Positions 23,421 to 36,864 of a DNA stretch of 64,000 nucleotides are shown here, one piece after another. Below the pieces are notes generated by a model. It had not been told where the DNA came from and ran no database searches. It was given only the letters and a program-made list of their open reading frames with translations. The translations under genes and the position numbers were made by a program. The stretch covers positions 806,001-870,000 of the forward strand of contig CP075494.1 of NCBI GenBank assembly GCA_021613535.1, given 5' to 3'. The DNA is from Adineta vaga (Eukaryota > Animalia > Rotifera). Numbering within the stretch: the stretch's first letter is position 1; every line of letters starts with the position of its first letter.

Positions 23421-23870
23421 AACTGATGATGGTAAATTTTATGGTCATGGATCAACATGTCTAAGAAAGCAGGATATTATTCGAAGAGAAACACAACAAG
23501 AATTCTTTCAATATTTAGTTTCATTCTTACTTACTACTTTAATGATTTTCTTATCGCCAATTTCTTTCCCTACGAATTGGTGGAAAAAATTAGCTATTGA
23601 AGGATTTCTTTGGATCGTTATTTATATTCTTGTTAGAAAAAGCGAACGACACATACGTAATTATAGGAATAAGAAAAATAATGAGCGTTTACAAAAACTG
23701 TGTCCAATGAAGAATTTTCAAATCTGCGATCAGACAGACATGCGAAAATTTTTAAAATATTCCTAAATTTCCATAAAAATTGTCTATTGTTATGGTCAAA
23801 ATCTCCAGCGGATTCGTTGAATAACATTCGTTAATTCTTTTCGATATACTTCCGATGGCAGAATAAATAC

Positions 23871-23938
23871 GGTGGGTGTGGGTGCGTGTCGGTGAGGGTA
23901 TGAATGATAATGGAGAAAAGACCCACACCCACACCCTT
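23871..23938. repeat. Telomeric-repeat palindrome copy
   Basis: GGTGGGTGTGGGTG...GAGGGT ... ACCCACACCCACACCCTT. Confidence 0.85.
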
Positions 23939-24935
23939 ATCTGAAAAATTTCATCAGCTAAGAGTCTAGTCAGTGTTAAAAAAATTTATGTTTAACTTCA
24001 AACATTATTTATTCTACATGTACCATGTCGTAGTAAAAAAAACTCAATTTTTACGAAAGATCTTCGAGAAAAATATAGAGAGTTCATTTGTAACGAGAAC
24101 TTTTGCCCAAATGAATTTGAAAGAATTCATATGTTCAAAAGTCAAATGAAAATATTTGTTTATGATAAAGCTGTCAGAAAGATTTAGATATTAAAAGAAA
24201 GTCAATCAATAGAGTATATTTATTGATATAATGATATATGAAATGTACATTTAATATCAGGAATATTATAGTCAAGCTTATCAAAATATAAGAGAACAGA
24301 TTGTAAATAAGCGGGTAGGAATACATAACAATATTTTGAGGGTGAGAGTGTAGAGTTCACTAGAATATTCCAAGCTGGACTTACGACGCATTTCGACTGA
24401 TGTTTAACCAATGTGTTTGTTGGCCCTAGTAAGACAGTGTATATGTGGGATGAAAAAAGAAAAAAAGTAGGAAATTGTATTTGTGTCTGTTTTTTTGGTT
24501 GGGCAGAAATGGTTATGGAAGTGAATGTAAATGATGAGAGTTATTTTTATCAAATTAAGAAAAAATCTGTATGACAAGAGTGAGGAACAAAAGTAATTGT
24601 CTTCGTATGACTTTGTTACGGAATGTACAACGCGTACGTGTCTATATCTACGATATTGTGGACGAATGTTCAATGAATCAGATCGAGTTGATGGTTGTTG
24701 TGATTGATATTGATTCCATTTTTGTTAACATTTCTCGTGAGGGTTTCTTGTGTGATGTAGAAACATTAACTATTTACCGTTTTCTTTCTATTCTCTCTTC
24801 AGGGTTACCAACTGTGCCCCATTTAGACTTTTAAGTCTGACGCGGATATAACTAATCTTCTAGTGAAAATAATATATGTTTTGTCTTAGATTTTTGTCAT
24901 CTAATAGATGCATCTGTATTAGAATGTCTTTGTAA

Positions 24936-25002
24936 TAGGGATGTAACAATACCAATACCAAAACCAATACTCCAATACCGTATTGGCATCGTTACATCCC
25001 TA
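24936..25002. mobile_element. Mini palindromic element with hAT-like TAGGGATG termini (copy 1)
   Basis: TAGGGATGTAACAATACCAATAC...GTATTGGCATCGTTACATCCCTA; second copy at 61569. Confidence 0.75.
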
Positions 25003-25178
25003 GTTTTCGTTTAATATAAATAAAGAATTCTTGTCACAACTTAATTGTTATTTTCATTGAAATTTAGTTTTGTAACATAACAAAGAAGAAAAACAATTGA
25101 CAAAATGGAATACCTTTCTTTCTCTTTCTAACAATTGTAGAATCATTACAAGAAACTATAACTCCTCTCACATTGCAA

Positions 25179-25236
25179 TCTTGAGGGTGTGGGTGCGAAT
25201 TAAGAATGTAGTCTCACTCAGACCCACCCCTCAAGA
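25179..25236. repeat. Telomeric-repeat palindrome copy with both termini
   Basis: TCTTGAGGGTGTGGGTG ... GACCCACCCCTCAAGA. Confidence 0.85.
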
Positions 25237-25678
25237 ATATTTTCAATAAAGTTTCATTTTGAATTTTAGCAAATAATGATTTAATAAGGTTAAATGTTCT
25301 CTCTTCTACGATATTCCATGATCTTTATCTTAGAATATGATCGTTCTCAAAGAAATGAATATTCTTAACTAAAAATAATTTCGAATTTTTTATAAAATCA
25401 TGAAAGTTAGTTTCTTTTTACTTTATAATTATATACTTTTACACGTCCGTAATAATCAAGTGTTTCTTAATAAAACACGTCTATACTTTCATTTCTTCTT
25501 TTATCTAACAATTAATGACATAAAAATGGATTCATCTTTATTCTTAATGATCAATTATAAAAACAAGTCTCTTCATAATAAAACTATATATCTCGACGGA
25601 GATTCTCTTTTACATTGGTAGAGATATCATTTTTATTAGAGAAAAAAACCCAGACGGGTGCACACATACATTCCAGCT

Positions 25679-26716
25679 ATGTCATCAGCAGTAGTTACAA
25701 CACTAGTTAATGCTTATCAACAAGTATTTATCTATATGGGTATTTCTATCCTTTCACTTGGTCTTATTGGTGGTGTTCTCAATACAATTGTTTTTTTAAG
25801 TCTTCGAACATTTCGTGAAAGTTCTTGTGCTTTTTATTTAATTGTGATGTCAATATTAAATATTGGACAATTATTATCTGGTTTATTAACGCGCATTTTA
25901 ATTAGTGGTTTTAATACTGATTTAACAAGTTTATCATTATTTTATTGTAAATTTCGACTCTACTTTTATCAAGCCTCAGCTTTGAGTTCTATTACATGTA
26001 TCTGTTTAGCAACAATTGATCAATATTTTGCAACATGTACACGTCCTCATTGGCAACAATGGAGTAATATTCGATTAGCACGACGTCTTTTGATCAGCCT
26101 GATTAGCGTCGTTATTATCGAACAAATTCCCTGTCTGATTTATTATGATCAAAAAGTATCAACATCATCTAATCGAACAATGTGTATAAGTACAAGTACT
26201 AAATTTGATCAATTCAATAGTTTTTTTAATACTCTCACTCTTGGAAATTTCATTCCTTTGGTAATTACATTTTCTTTTGGTATTCTTACTTGTCGAAATG
26301 TTCAACAATTAAGTTATCGAACTGTTCCATTAGTTAGACGAGAACTTGACAAACAATTAAGTACAATGGTTCTTGTTCAAATTTTTTATATGCAATTCAC
26401 CAATATAATACAACTAATCGTTTATATGATTGCTGTTTATGGAAATATTCAAGATTCGACTATTCGAGCACAAATAAATTTAGCTTATGCATTTGCTCTT
26501 TGTTTAAGCTATTCGTTTTTTGCTGTAAGTCATCGTTTGTTTAGTCGATCTTACCTAAAGAATTGTTTGTTTTTTCCTTTTTAGTCTTCATTTTATATTT
26601 ATCTAATTGTTTCTGAACGTTTTCGTCGACAATTCATTTATGTTATGTTTGAATTTCATATAAAAAAATGGCGACCGCATCGCATTGTTCCAAATATACC
26701 TCGCAATTCAATATAA
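25679..26716 (+). CDS. Rhodopsin-like 7TM GPCR
   Basis: GVLNTIVF, FYCKFR, CLATIDQY, CLIYY motifs; intron near 26525-26584, then FYIYLIVSERFRRQ. Confidence 0.9.
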
Positions 26717-27106
26717 ATACTAACTGTCTCTATATCGAGTAGCTGTCTAATTCGATTTCGAATATAAATGACGATTTTGAAAAAATGCTCCTAGTCATTA
26801 TTTTTTTATAGATAAAGGTGAAGACTGTGTTACTCAAAAATATAATTTGTAAACAGAGTCATTTATGTGAAGAATTTTGAATTATAATGAATAGCAACCA
26901 AAATAAAACTATTCCTATTCTTGCAGAAAAACATTTTGTGTGAAGTATAATCGTATTCGAAGAAAAAGCTCTAGCTCAAGTTTCATGATTTATTTTCGAA
27001 GTGATATCAAATAGTTGAATGTACATTTATATTCAAATTCAAATCAGATAGCTCATGGAAAATTTAATTACGTTGATGACGCCGTTGAATCATATTTTGA
27101 TAATGA

Positions 27107-27157
27107 AGGGTGTGGGTGTAGGTGTGTGAAAGAACAGGAGATACCCACACCCACCCA
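27107..27157. repeat. Telomeric-repeat palindrome copy (spacer family B)
   Basis: AGGGTGTGGGTGTAGGTGTG-TGAAAGAACAGGAGATA-CCCACACCCACCC. Confidence 0.85.
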
Positions 27158-27537
27158 TGTTCACAAACACTTTGACCTAAACAATCAAATGTTCGATTAT
27201 GATCAAATTCGAAACAATTAGTCAAACGTTTATCATGATGATTATAACAAAAACATAGATGAATCTCATCATGAAAACAAGATAATTTCAAAGATTTATT
27301 AAATATTTCACGAATATGTGGACAACGATCTGTTGAAATGATTGTTTTATTAATTTTTACAGATGGTTTACTACTATTTTGAATAGTATATAAATAATAC
27401 TTTTTCTTTATATCTTCTAAAAATACTAAATTAAAAAATTGTTATTAGATCTTGTTTGATATATTGAATTGATTGAATTGTTGTTGTTCGTAATGGATTC
27501 ATTTCTTTCATCACTGTTATAAAATGAACAAATATAG

Positions 27538-28285
27538 ATTGTGATACAATAATATATTGGCTTGTATTTATCTGAGCAATAATTGAAACATGATTAAGCA
27601 GTAACTTTCGAGCAATAAGAAAATATTGTTTGAGAAATTTTATAATGTTAAATGAGCAATAAATAGTTTAGTACATAAAAGTATTAATTTCATATTTAAG
27701 CAACAAAAAAAAAGAAAAAACTACATTCTTTTTCTTTACAATTGGCAAGAAACAAAAAGAAAAATGGAATATATACAACTGATCATTGAATCAGTAAAGC
27801 TTCTTTTGCTTTCGATGATCTACCTCCTTTTCTTTTTGTACCAATTTCTACATTTTTTGCCTCAGGTGGATGTTTGCAATATTTTAATCTAATGGACATA
27901 CCAATGGTGTGCTTTCAAATATAATTTTTCATGGATGATGAACAGGTGCAGGGTGTGAGTGTCTTTGTTACATTCAGACCCATCCTTACCCTCACACCCA
28001 CTCCTACACGGTCGTCCTCAATATTAATTGAAGGTTGCATTTCCATGTCATTTTCAGAATCAGAAATATAATCTGCTACACGTTTCGATTGAGCCATTTG
28101 TATTAAATGAACGGATTATTATTGCCCTTTTTATACACACATTATTTTATTTAAATTAATTATTGCTCATTTCATCTAATTATCCCTCATTCAGTATAAT
28201 TATCGCTCATTCATTATATATATATTGCTCATTCCAATATTTTTATTGCTCATTTAAATATAAGTCATCCATATCATATCACAAT
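27538..28285 (-). mobile_element. Internally deleted Mutator-like (SWIM zinc finger) transposon
   Basis: Inverted ends with repeated TGAGCAATAA/TTATTGCTCA. Internal ORF remnant 27783-28097: MAQSKRVADY...EDD joined to CTCSSSMKNYI*KHTIGMSIRLKYCKHPPEAK...KRKGGRSSKAKEALLIQ (decayed SWIM CxC...CxH plus AT-hook-like tail). Boundaries approximate. Confidence 0.7.
27950..28009. repeat. Telomeric-repeat palindrome copy at transposase deletion junction
   Basis: AGGGTGTGAGTG ... ACCCATCCTTACCCTCACACCCACTCCTACAC. Confidence 0.75.
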
Positions 28286-28411
28286 AAATAAATAAATATA
28301 TATATATTTATACATAATTGCTTTTCAATACACAAATAACATAACATAAGCAATGCATACAACAAAGATAGTAGTCATAGTGATAAGAAAAATTGATGAA
28401 GTCGAACCATT

Positions 28412-31400
28412 CTATAGACCTACAATATTAACAACTCCTGCACCAACAATGACTATTGTAAAAGATCCGATAATATTTTGTTCATATGTTGTTACAACTA
28501 AAGTATAATTTAATAGAGAATTAAGCATTATAATAAACATGAACTGCGAGTTGCCACCACTCTCATCATCTGCAATAATTAAGTTTGCACTAGGATATAT
28601 GACATTGAATGTATTATTGTATAAATATCCTATTGTATCGAAGGTGCTATTACATGATATAGTATAAACACTTGACATAGATACACTAATTCTAATAGCT
28701 TGATAATAATAATTGGATCTTTGTGTGTCACCTAGAGAATGCCTAAACTTTGCACTAGATTGAGTTAGAGCTGTTGAATATTTTGATTGTACATTCGTCG
28801 AGTTCACTAATGAAAGAAAGAGAATTTATCGGCTTTTACAATTAAATTTTTATTGTTTATTTCTAAGCACTAAGAAGCTACTTAGTTTTCACGTAATAGT
28901 TATTTTCTTTCATATCATACAAAAATTCAATTATTTATTAGAATTATTCAAGCTTTATTCAACTAACAAGATATCAAACAATAATTTGTTTAAATAGAGA
29001 TAATAAAAAGAAAGAAGAAGGTAGTATAGAATAGATCCTAAATCAGAATAAAATATCGTTTGCCTACTGATTTCAAACACAAGCTCGAACTAATTTGTTA
29101 TTTTTCTTTCGATTAATATCGAAACAGAAATAATCTATTGATGCCATGATTTTAAACTCTCATTCTCTCCTTTACTATCTTCTTTCAAACTATAGTTTCA
29201 TATATGGATATACAACAGTACAACAACATGATTCGCATGGAGAAATACACATTGAATTCTATAACAAACAATCAACTATAAATATTGATTTCACAAGACT
29301 TTCTTGTTACAAATTGACTTCTGATAAGAAGCAAGTCTGTCTAAACATTGCAATACATTTTTCGCTCTATAGTATGTGCTTAATATTTCATTTACTTTTC
29401 CAAACATTCTCTTACCTGGTAAAAAACTAATCGGTCCCGGACCAGCTGCAATGATTGCAAATTCTCCGATAGTACTTGCCCAATAAGTTGTTACAACTAA
29501 GATATAGTTCATGAAGGGCGTGAGTATCATTGTAAGCATGAATTGTTCATTATCACCGGCATCTTCATCTTCCTGCAGTAAATGTTCACCCGGAAACGAT
29601 GAATTGAAAGTATTATTGTATATATATCCGTGTGTATCCATGGTACTTTTGGATATTATAGAATAAATTCCTGGTATTCCCACTCTGATTTGAATCGCTT
29701 TGTAAAAGAAGAAAACATTGTCCCAAGGATTTCCTGGACGAACATATAATGGACTCGATATTGTCAATGCTGATGAATAGTTTGATTCCATGTATGATAC
29801 GTTTACTATATTCAAAAATAGAACAGTATACGAAAACATCAAAGAATTGTCAGCAGAACTGGCATTACTCTTACATTAGCGATGAATCGAAAGTTTTTCT
29901 CACTAATGCGCGTCTGTTCTATCTTATACATACTGTCTTTACTCACTTGATGAACAGGTAATCGGCCCCGGACCAGTTGCAATGATTGAATATTCTCCAA
30001 TAGTAGTTGCCCAATATGTTGTTACAACTAAGATATAGTTCATGAAGGGCGTGAGTATCATTGTAAGCATGAATTGTTCATTATCACCGGCATCTTCATC
30101 TTCCTGCAGTAAATGTTCACCCGGAAACGATGAATTGAAAGTATTATTGTATATATATCCGTGTGTATCCATGGTACTTTTGGATATTATAGAATAAATT
30201 CCTGGTATTCCCACTCTGATTTGTATCGCATTGTAAAAGAAGACATGATTGATCCAAGGATTTCCTGGACGAACATATAATGGACTCGATATTGTCAATG
30301 CTGATGAATAGTTTGATTCCATGTGTGATACGTTTACTATAGTCAAAAATAGAACAATATACGAAAACATCAAAGAAGTGTCGGTAGTACTGATATTAGT
30401 CTTACATTAGCGATGAATCGAGAGTTTTTCTCACCAATACGCTTCTGTTCTAATTTATCTTATACATACTGTCTTTACTCACTTGATGAACAGGTAATCG
30501 GTCCCGGACCAGTTGCAATGATTGCAAATTCTCCAATAGTAGTTGCCCAATATGTTGTTACAACTAAGATATAGTTCATGAAGGGCGTGAGTATCATTGT
30601 AAGCATGAATTGTTCATTATCACCGGCATCTTCATCTTCCTGCAGTAAATGTTCACCCGGAAACGATGAATTGAAAGTATTATTGTATATATATCCGTGT
30701 GTATTGATGGTACTTTTGGAACTTATAGAATAAGTTCCTGGTATTCCCACTCTGATTTGAATCGCTTTGTAAAAGAAGAAAACATTGTCCCAAGGATTTC
30801 CTGGACGAACATATAATGGACTCGATATTGTCAATGCTGATGAATAGTTTGATTCCATGTATGATACGTTTACTATATTCAAAAATAGAACAGTATACGA
30901 AAACATCAAAGAATTGTCAGCAGAACTGGCATTACTCTTACATTAGCGATGAATCGAAAGTTTTTCTCACTAATGCGCGTCTGTTCTATCTTATACATAC
31001 TGTCTTTACTCACTTGATGAACAGGTAATCGGCCCCGGACCAGTTGCAATGATTGAATATTCTCCAATAGTAGTTGCCCAATATGTTGTTACAACTAAGA
31101 TATAGTTTATCATTGAACTCAACATCATCATCAACTGAAATTGGTCTTTGCCACCTCCCTGGTTATCTGATATCAGCAGACTTTCATTCGGAAACGATGA
31201 ATTGAAAGTATTATTGTATATATATCCTTGTGTATTCATGGTACTATTGGAACTTATAGAATAAGTTCCTGGTATTCCCACTCTGATTTGTATCGCATTG
31301 TAAAAGAAGACATGATTGTTCCAAGGATTTCCTGGACGAACATATAATGGACTCGAGGATACTAACGCCGCTGAATAATATGATTCTATGTACGATGCAG

Positions 31401-34359
31401 GCACTATTATTAAAAAAAAGCTTTTATTACAATCCATACGATATCAAAAATGTGAAACACGATGAAGCTTGACAAATTTTTTTATATATGGACCAAACCA
31501 CAAGAGTGGTTACCAGGCATCTTAGAGTGGTGCGCAATTACGTTCTTAGTTTCTCTTGGAGATCATCGCATTTGGAAAACAAATTAATCATTCGTCTACC
31601 ATCAGCTTTATTCGGTAACAACTAAAAGAATGCGGTTCTGTCAGAATCTTAGATATTTTTCTCAATGCTTGTCTTTTTTTCTAGTAATATTTAGAACAGT
31701 TGACACAAGCCATTACACAAAACTAATATTCTGAATCGTTCTATTGAAGATCCCAACATTTGTTTTTGTTATTTTTAGATAGTCTTGAATCTAAGGTCAT
31801 CGCTGAATAAGTTTCGCCAAATGCGCTCGAGCTGATCTGCAGAAGACCTGGTTTTGAAATTTTATAGGGGGGAATGATGGAAATCCATATTTAAATAGTT
31901 TTCTTTTAGATCCGCTCGATGATATTCGCAAACTTTTCTCACAAAGAGTAGGGATGGAGTATGATCAGGAAAAAATAGTAAAAATCTAGAATCTCTCAGT
32001 GATCAGGATCAGGCATCACCCTCGTGCAGTGACTCTTATGTGTAATAACTGATGAAATATTTATTCAATTAGTTAAGATGGCGGATCTCATATAATAGAC
32101 TTTTTAATTAAGGAATCGGTTGTCAGAAGTTGTTACGGCAGCTCATCGTGATACGATTCTACAATGGGTTTGTTGAAGTCTATCTTTTAGAGTTCATCGT
32201 CACTAATTAAGTAAATAGTTGATGCATTAAAATGTCGATGATGATCTAAGATGGAGTCATTTACAATCCGTTGGTGTGAATGATGAGGTGACTGAAAGAT
32301 TGCAATTTTATTAACTGCGGAGGAAGGGAAGGAGGCGTTGTAGGTCCAAACTTCACCCTCAAACATTCCAAACTCTTACAGATCGTGTTTTAAAATAGAT
32401 AAATGCGGAAACTTCAGATTTCATCCGAAAGCTATTTGTACTGCAAAAAGTATTGTAGAGAGATGAATCATGCTGGATTATCCGCACGTCAGAATAATCA
32501 CAATTTCTGTTGACTTGTTAGACACGATCATCATTATGTATATACAATTAACGCAACGTGGTCGTTGCTAAGCTCTCTACTCAAAGTTAGGTTTGAACTG
32601 CAACTCGGCCGAGACATTGATGAGACAATGCTGTACACAAAAATATGTGAAAACATCAGAGATGTGTTCACAATACGAGCGCTAATATCATTAGGACGAT
32701 GTCTAGCTAGATTTTTCTTCCGAATGATAATCAGACGAATAGGTGCTTTTCTACTCTACTTTTCGTGACCAGCTTTCCCTCTACAGTGTTCATACTATGT
32801 TCACTTACGTGCTGAAAAAGTAATCAGTCCAGGACCTCGGGCAATGATTGAAAATGCTCCTGTGGTACTTGCCAAATACGTTGTTACAACTAGCGTGTAG
32901 TTTATGGAGGAAGTGAGTATCATTGTAAGCAGGAATTGTTCATTACTAGTGACATTTCCATTTTCCTTCAGTAGATTTTCATTGGGAAATAAAAAATTGA
33001 AAGTACTATTGTATAAATATCCTTTTATACTGTTGATACTACTGAATACTAAAGAATAAGCTCCTGTTGTTCGCACGGTGATTTGAATTGCATCATAAAA
33101 GAAGAGAACGTCGTTCCTAGGGCTTCCTGGACGAACATATACTGGATCGGATATTGCCAATACTGATGAGTAATTTGATTGGATATATGATCCATTCACT
33201 ATTAATGGAAAGCAAACCAAAAATCATCTGTAAATAGAAAAGTGAGTAAGGTATGGAGATAAGGCTCGATCTTTATTCTGAGCGAAACAGATAACTATAT
33301 CTTGCATAACCCTTTCATATATTGTATTGACTTACTTTGAAAGAACTTAATACGTGTAGGACCAAAACCAATTATTGAAAATCTGCCTAACGTATTACCA
33401 AAATATGTCGTTATAAATAAAAGATATTTTCTCTTAGCTTGTAATACAGTTCGTAACTTAAATTGTATATTATCGCCATTATCATCATCAAATAATAGAT
33501 AGTTTTGATCCCACAATGAATTATTGTTAGTATAATCATATAGGTATGCTTGTGTATTCATACTGCTATTTGAGAAAATAGTGTAAGTTCCTGTTATGTT
33601 TACTTCTATTTGAATGCGTTGATAGAAATATACTGATGTTGGAAAAGAACTTTGAGGGCGAAAGTATATTTCGCTAGATTCTGTCAGAGCGGATGTATAA
33701 ATTGATTGAATTTCTGATGGAATAACTATTTAAGAAACACAAAATAAAAATAATATTTTTTTAAATTTATTTTATAAGAGTAACAATTTTTATACTTTAC
33801 CTGGACTATTATAATAAATGTGTGTTAGAATTTCCTCGACAGAAAAAAACTCAAAAGGTTTGTTTGTAGCAAGTCAAATATCACAGGTCCATGAATTAAA
33901 GGTCGAATAAATAGTTCCTCATACCAATACATTTAAGTTCTCAACAACTATATTAGAAAGAGAGTAGTAAACTTTCAAGAGACAACTTTCCCTTGAAGAA
34001 AAGAAATTTATACGAAAAAAAAGAACTAATTTGTATGTATGCTTGTGTGAGAGCTAAAGTAAAATCACACGGTCTTCTAAAAAGTATTCTAAACTAAGAG
34101 ATACACATGAGTTCTATGTTATGAATCACCAGATCAACAAATTGATCAATCAAATATCGAATGAAATCTTCAGAATGTAAATTAGAATATTTCTTTTAAA
34201 TCTGTTTTAATTACATAAGTTGAAACGTGAGAAAATATACCTGATGCAATATCTTGACGTTTTCCTACTCTGGCAACATAGACGACTACTAAAATCGTAA
34301 TTCCCAATATAAATGTCACGCTTATTGGTACCACAACACATTTTACAGCACGCCGCATG
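28412..34359 (-). CDS. Type II membrane protein with seven exon-encoded ~125-aa beta-sandwich repeats (PPC/pre-peptidase C-terminal-like)
   Basis: First exon MRRAVKCVVVPISVTFILGITILVVVYV. Repeat exons near 33338, 32808, 31012, 30481, 29945, 29414 and 28412, each YSSALT..SP.YVRP...AIQI.V...G.Y.I.S.S..DT.GY.Y..F....P...L...DD.....QF......Y.LVVTTY....G.F.I...GPG. Confidence 0.8.
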
Positions 34360-36864
34360 ACTCAACAGAGATTTTTAATAATAAATGATGAATTGTAATT
34401 TTATTGAAGCTATGTAAAATTTCAGTTATTGAGAATATACCATAGTATGAGATATATATATATATATATATTCTGAAATGTGCAAAAGAGTTTCATTAAT
34501 AACCTAGAAAAAAGTTGATCTTGCATAAAAAATAAGATAAGAAAATCATGTTTATTTCATGTCGAAATGTTTCTCTTTTAATTTTTCTATATAATGCATA
34601 TTGAACATTTTCTGTCAGTATTGTTTAAAATTCAAATGTAGAAAAGGATAAATGAATTGATAATAAGAAAATCTATCGATAATTTTTTTTTACTAACGTT
34701 ATTTGTAATATTTATTTCTTTATTCTGTAATTTTCACACTTACCGAAGAGTAAATATCTAATACTGAATAGATGAAGATAGAATATGAGAACATTTTTTT
34801 TGTTTTTAATTTAAAAAAAATAATTGAATAAGAAAGAGAGAGAGAGAGAGCAATAATGAATTATTTCTAAGTTCTTGAACATGGAAATCGCCAAAATTAC
34901 TCATTGTGTTTAAGAAAAACAGTTATAAACATTGATAGAAATAAATTAACTATTCTGAACATACAAATATTTCAAAACCATTTTGTTTACTTATCTTTTT
35001 TTTATAAATACGATGGAAGACAAAAAAAAGTAAATGTGAGCTACGTGGACTTGATTCGTTTCGTTGAAATAACAAAATCATAGCAGTACGATTATGTTAT
35101 TCGATTATCATTCTGATTATTTGTTTTTAATCAAAAAAATAATTTTAGCGTGATGAAATCTGCTCAAATTAATTTCAATCTAATTTTTCTAAGTATTCGA
35201 TGCTTGAATCATTTTCTTTACTCTTCAAAACTAATATAAAAATGATTGAAATATCAATTAAAAAGAAAACTAGTCGTTCTTAGTTCAAAATTTCCACCTT
35301 AGAATCGTCATTTCGATAACGTACACGGTGTTTATGATATGTACTCGGAATTAAAATAAATTCTTATTTTAAAAAATGTATTTAAACTATAAAGATACAA
35401 TAATCTATATGGTGAAATTTTCGATAAGTAAGTTATATTCGGATAAGCATCCCCGTGTTCTGTGTAATAAATTGGAAATAATATTTTTTTAGAGAAGCAC
35501 GATACTGTTATACGCAGCATAATAACGTTGATTTTGATTGTTTGATTTAATTTACTGTATAGGGGAGTACCAAGGCAGGGAAGGTGCAACACTTTTTGTG
35601 TTTAATAAATATAGCACTCAGTGGTGGAGTCAGAATTTCGAGTTCGGGATGTTTAGTCTCCTAAAAATCTAAAATTTTAAAGTAAATCTCATTCCAGAAA
35701 ATGCAAAGTCGAAGACCAAAAAAACTCGTTCACTCGCCACCCTCCCTATCGGTATGTCTCTGTTACTATGTTTAGGAAGCATCTCAGATGCTTTTTTGTT
35801 TTGATATAGCTTAATATCAGAGATGGGTAAGTCAAGTCATAGGTCACTTCATTTGACGTGATTGAACTCGATTTTCCGTCATTGGTTCCGGTTTATCTAT
35901 ATCGTTCTTACCTCAAAATTAATGCTGAAATGCCTAAAACGTTTGAATATATTCACACAATATTACACTTGACCTGTCCATGTATGCCTTCTATCGATTT
36001 TTTATGTTGTTTTCCATGGAACAATAAATAGAAGAAGAGTAGGTAGAAATGGAAACCATGGATTTTTATTTTCTGCAAGGGGGGAAAACAGTGGAATTCT
36101 CAAAGCTGCAACAATGGGTCTAAAGTAAGTGAAATGATTCCGAGTACGGCAACGGCACATTCTCAGCCGCGGTGGACATCTCTGATTCTTACTTGACTAA
36201 AATGTTGTTTTAATTACTTTTTTTTTTCTTTATAATCAAAAAACAAATAACGACTCATTGAACAAAGTCATTTTATCTTTTTCTTTCTTTCTTTCATTTA
36301 AAATAATTGCATTTGCTGTTTATTCTTCATTCTAACAGGTAGTACAAAAATTTGAAAATCAAATAAATACTTAGAAATCACTTTATCGGCAGACGTTATC
36401 ACAGATATCGTTTTATTAAATTTCATAGAATAGATGAAGATAACTCTTTAGTTTCTATAAGATTCGTATGAAAACAGCATACATTGCTTTCTTTACACTT
36501 CAACCTATATGACATATTGGTTACTATATTCACAACTTGATAGTAATTGTTAGATGTTTATCTCTATTCAAACTTGAAATCGAAAATTCATATGAGTCAT
36601 CTACTATTTACTTTAGTGTATTAGTTAAATTCTTTAAAAGATCTTTACTTTCTCAATTTGGAATTCGAGTTATATTCTCCTCCATGATGTGAATGAATTT
36701 CTTAAAGGTATAAGTTGACATTAATATAAAATGATTCTATTTTCTTTTTATTTCAATGAGAAATAAGAAATGAAACAATTAATTATTAATATTTGAAGAA
36801 ACAGAGATGTTTTTTTGTAAATTCAAATTTCTTTTTCTATTTTATATAAGAAAGAAAGAAAGAA

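Noticed and set aside
29749-31028. Two identical 70-aa plus-strand ORFs
   Set aside because: Antisense by-products of the 1067-bp tandem duplication.
31500-32790. Less AT-rich intronic stretch that may be a decayed transposon
   Set aside because: No recognisable protein motif or termini.
35818-36184. Possible hAT-like MITE (CAGAGATG...CATCTCTG)
   Set aside because: Only about 10 bp of inverted match, no TSD, and a single copy in the window.
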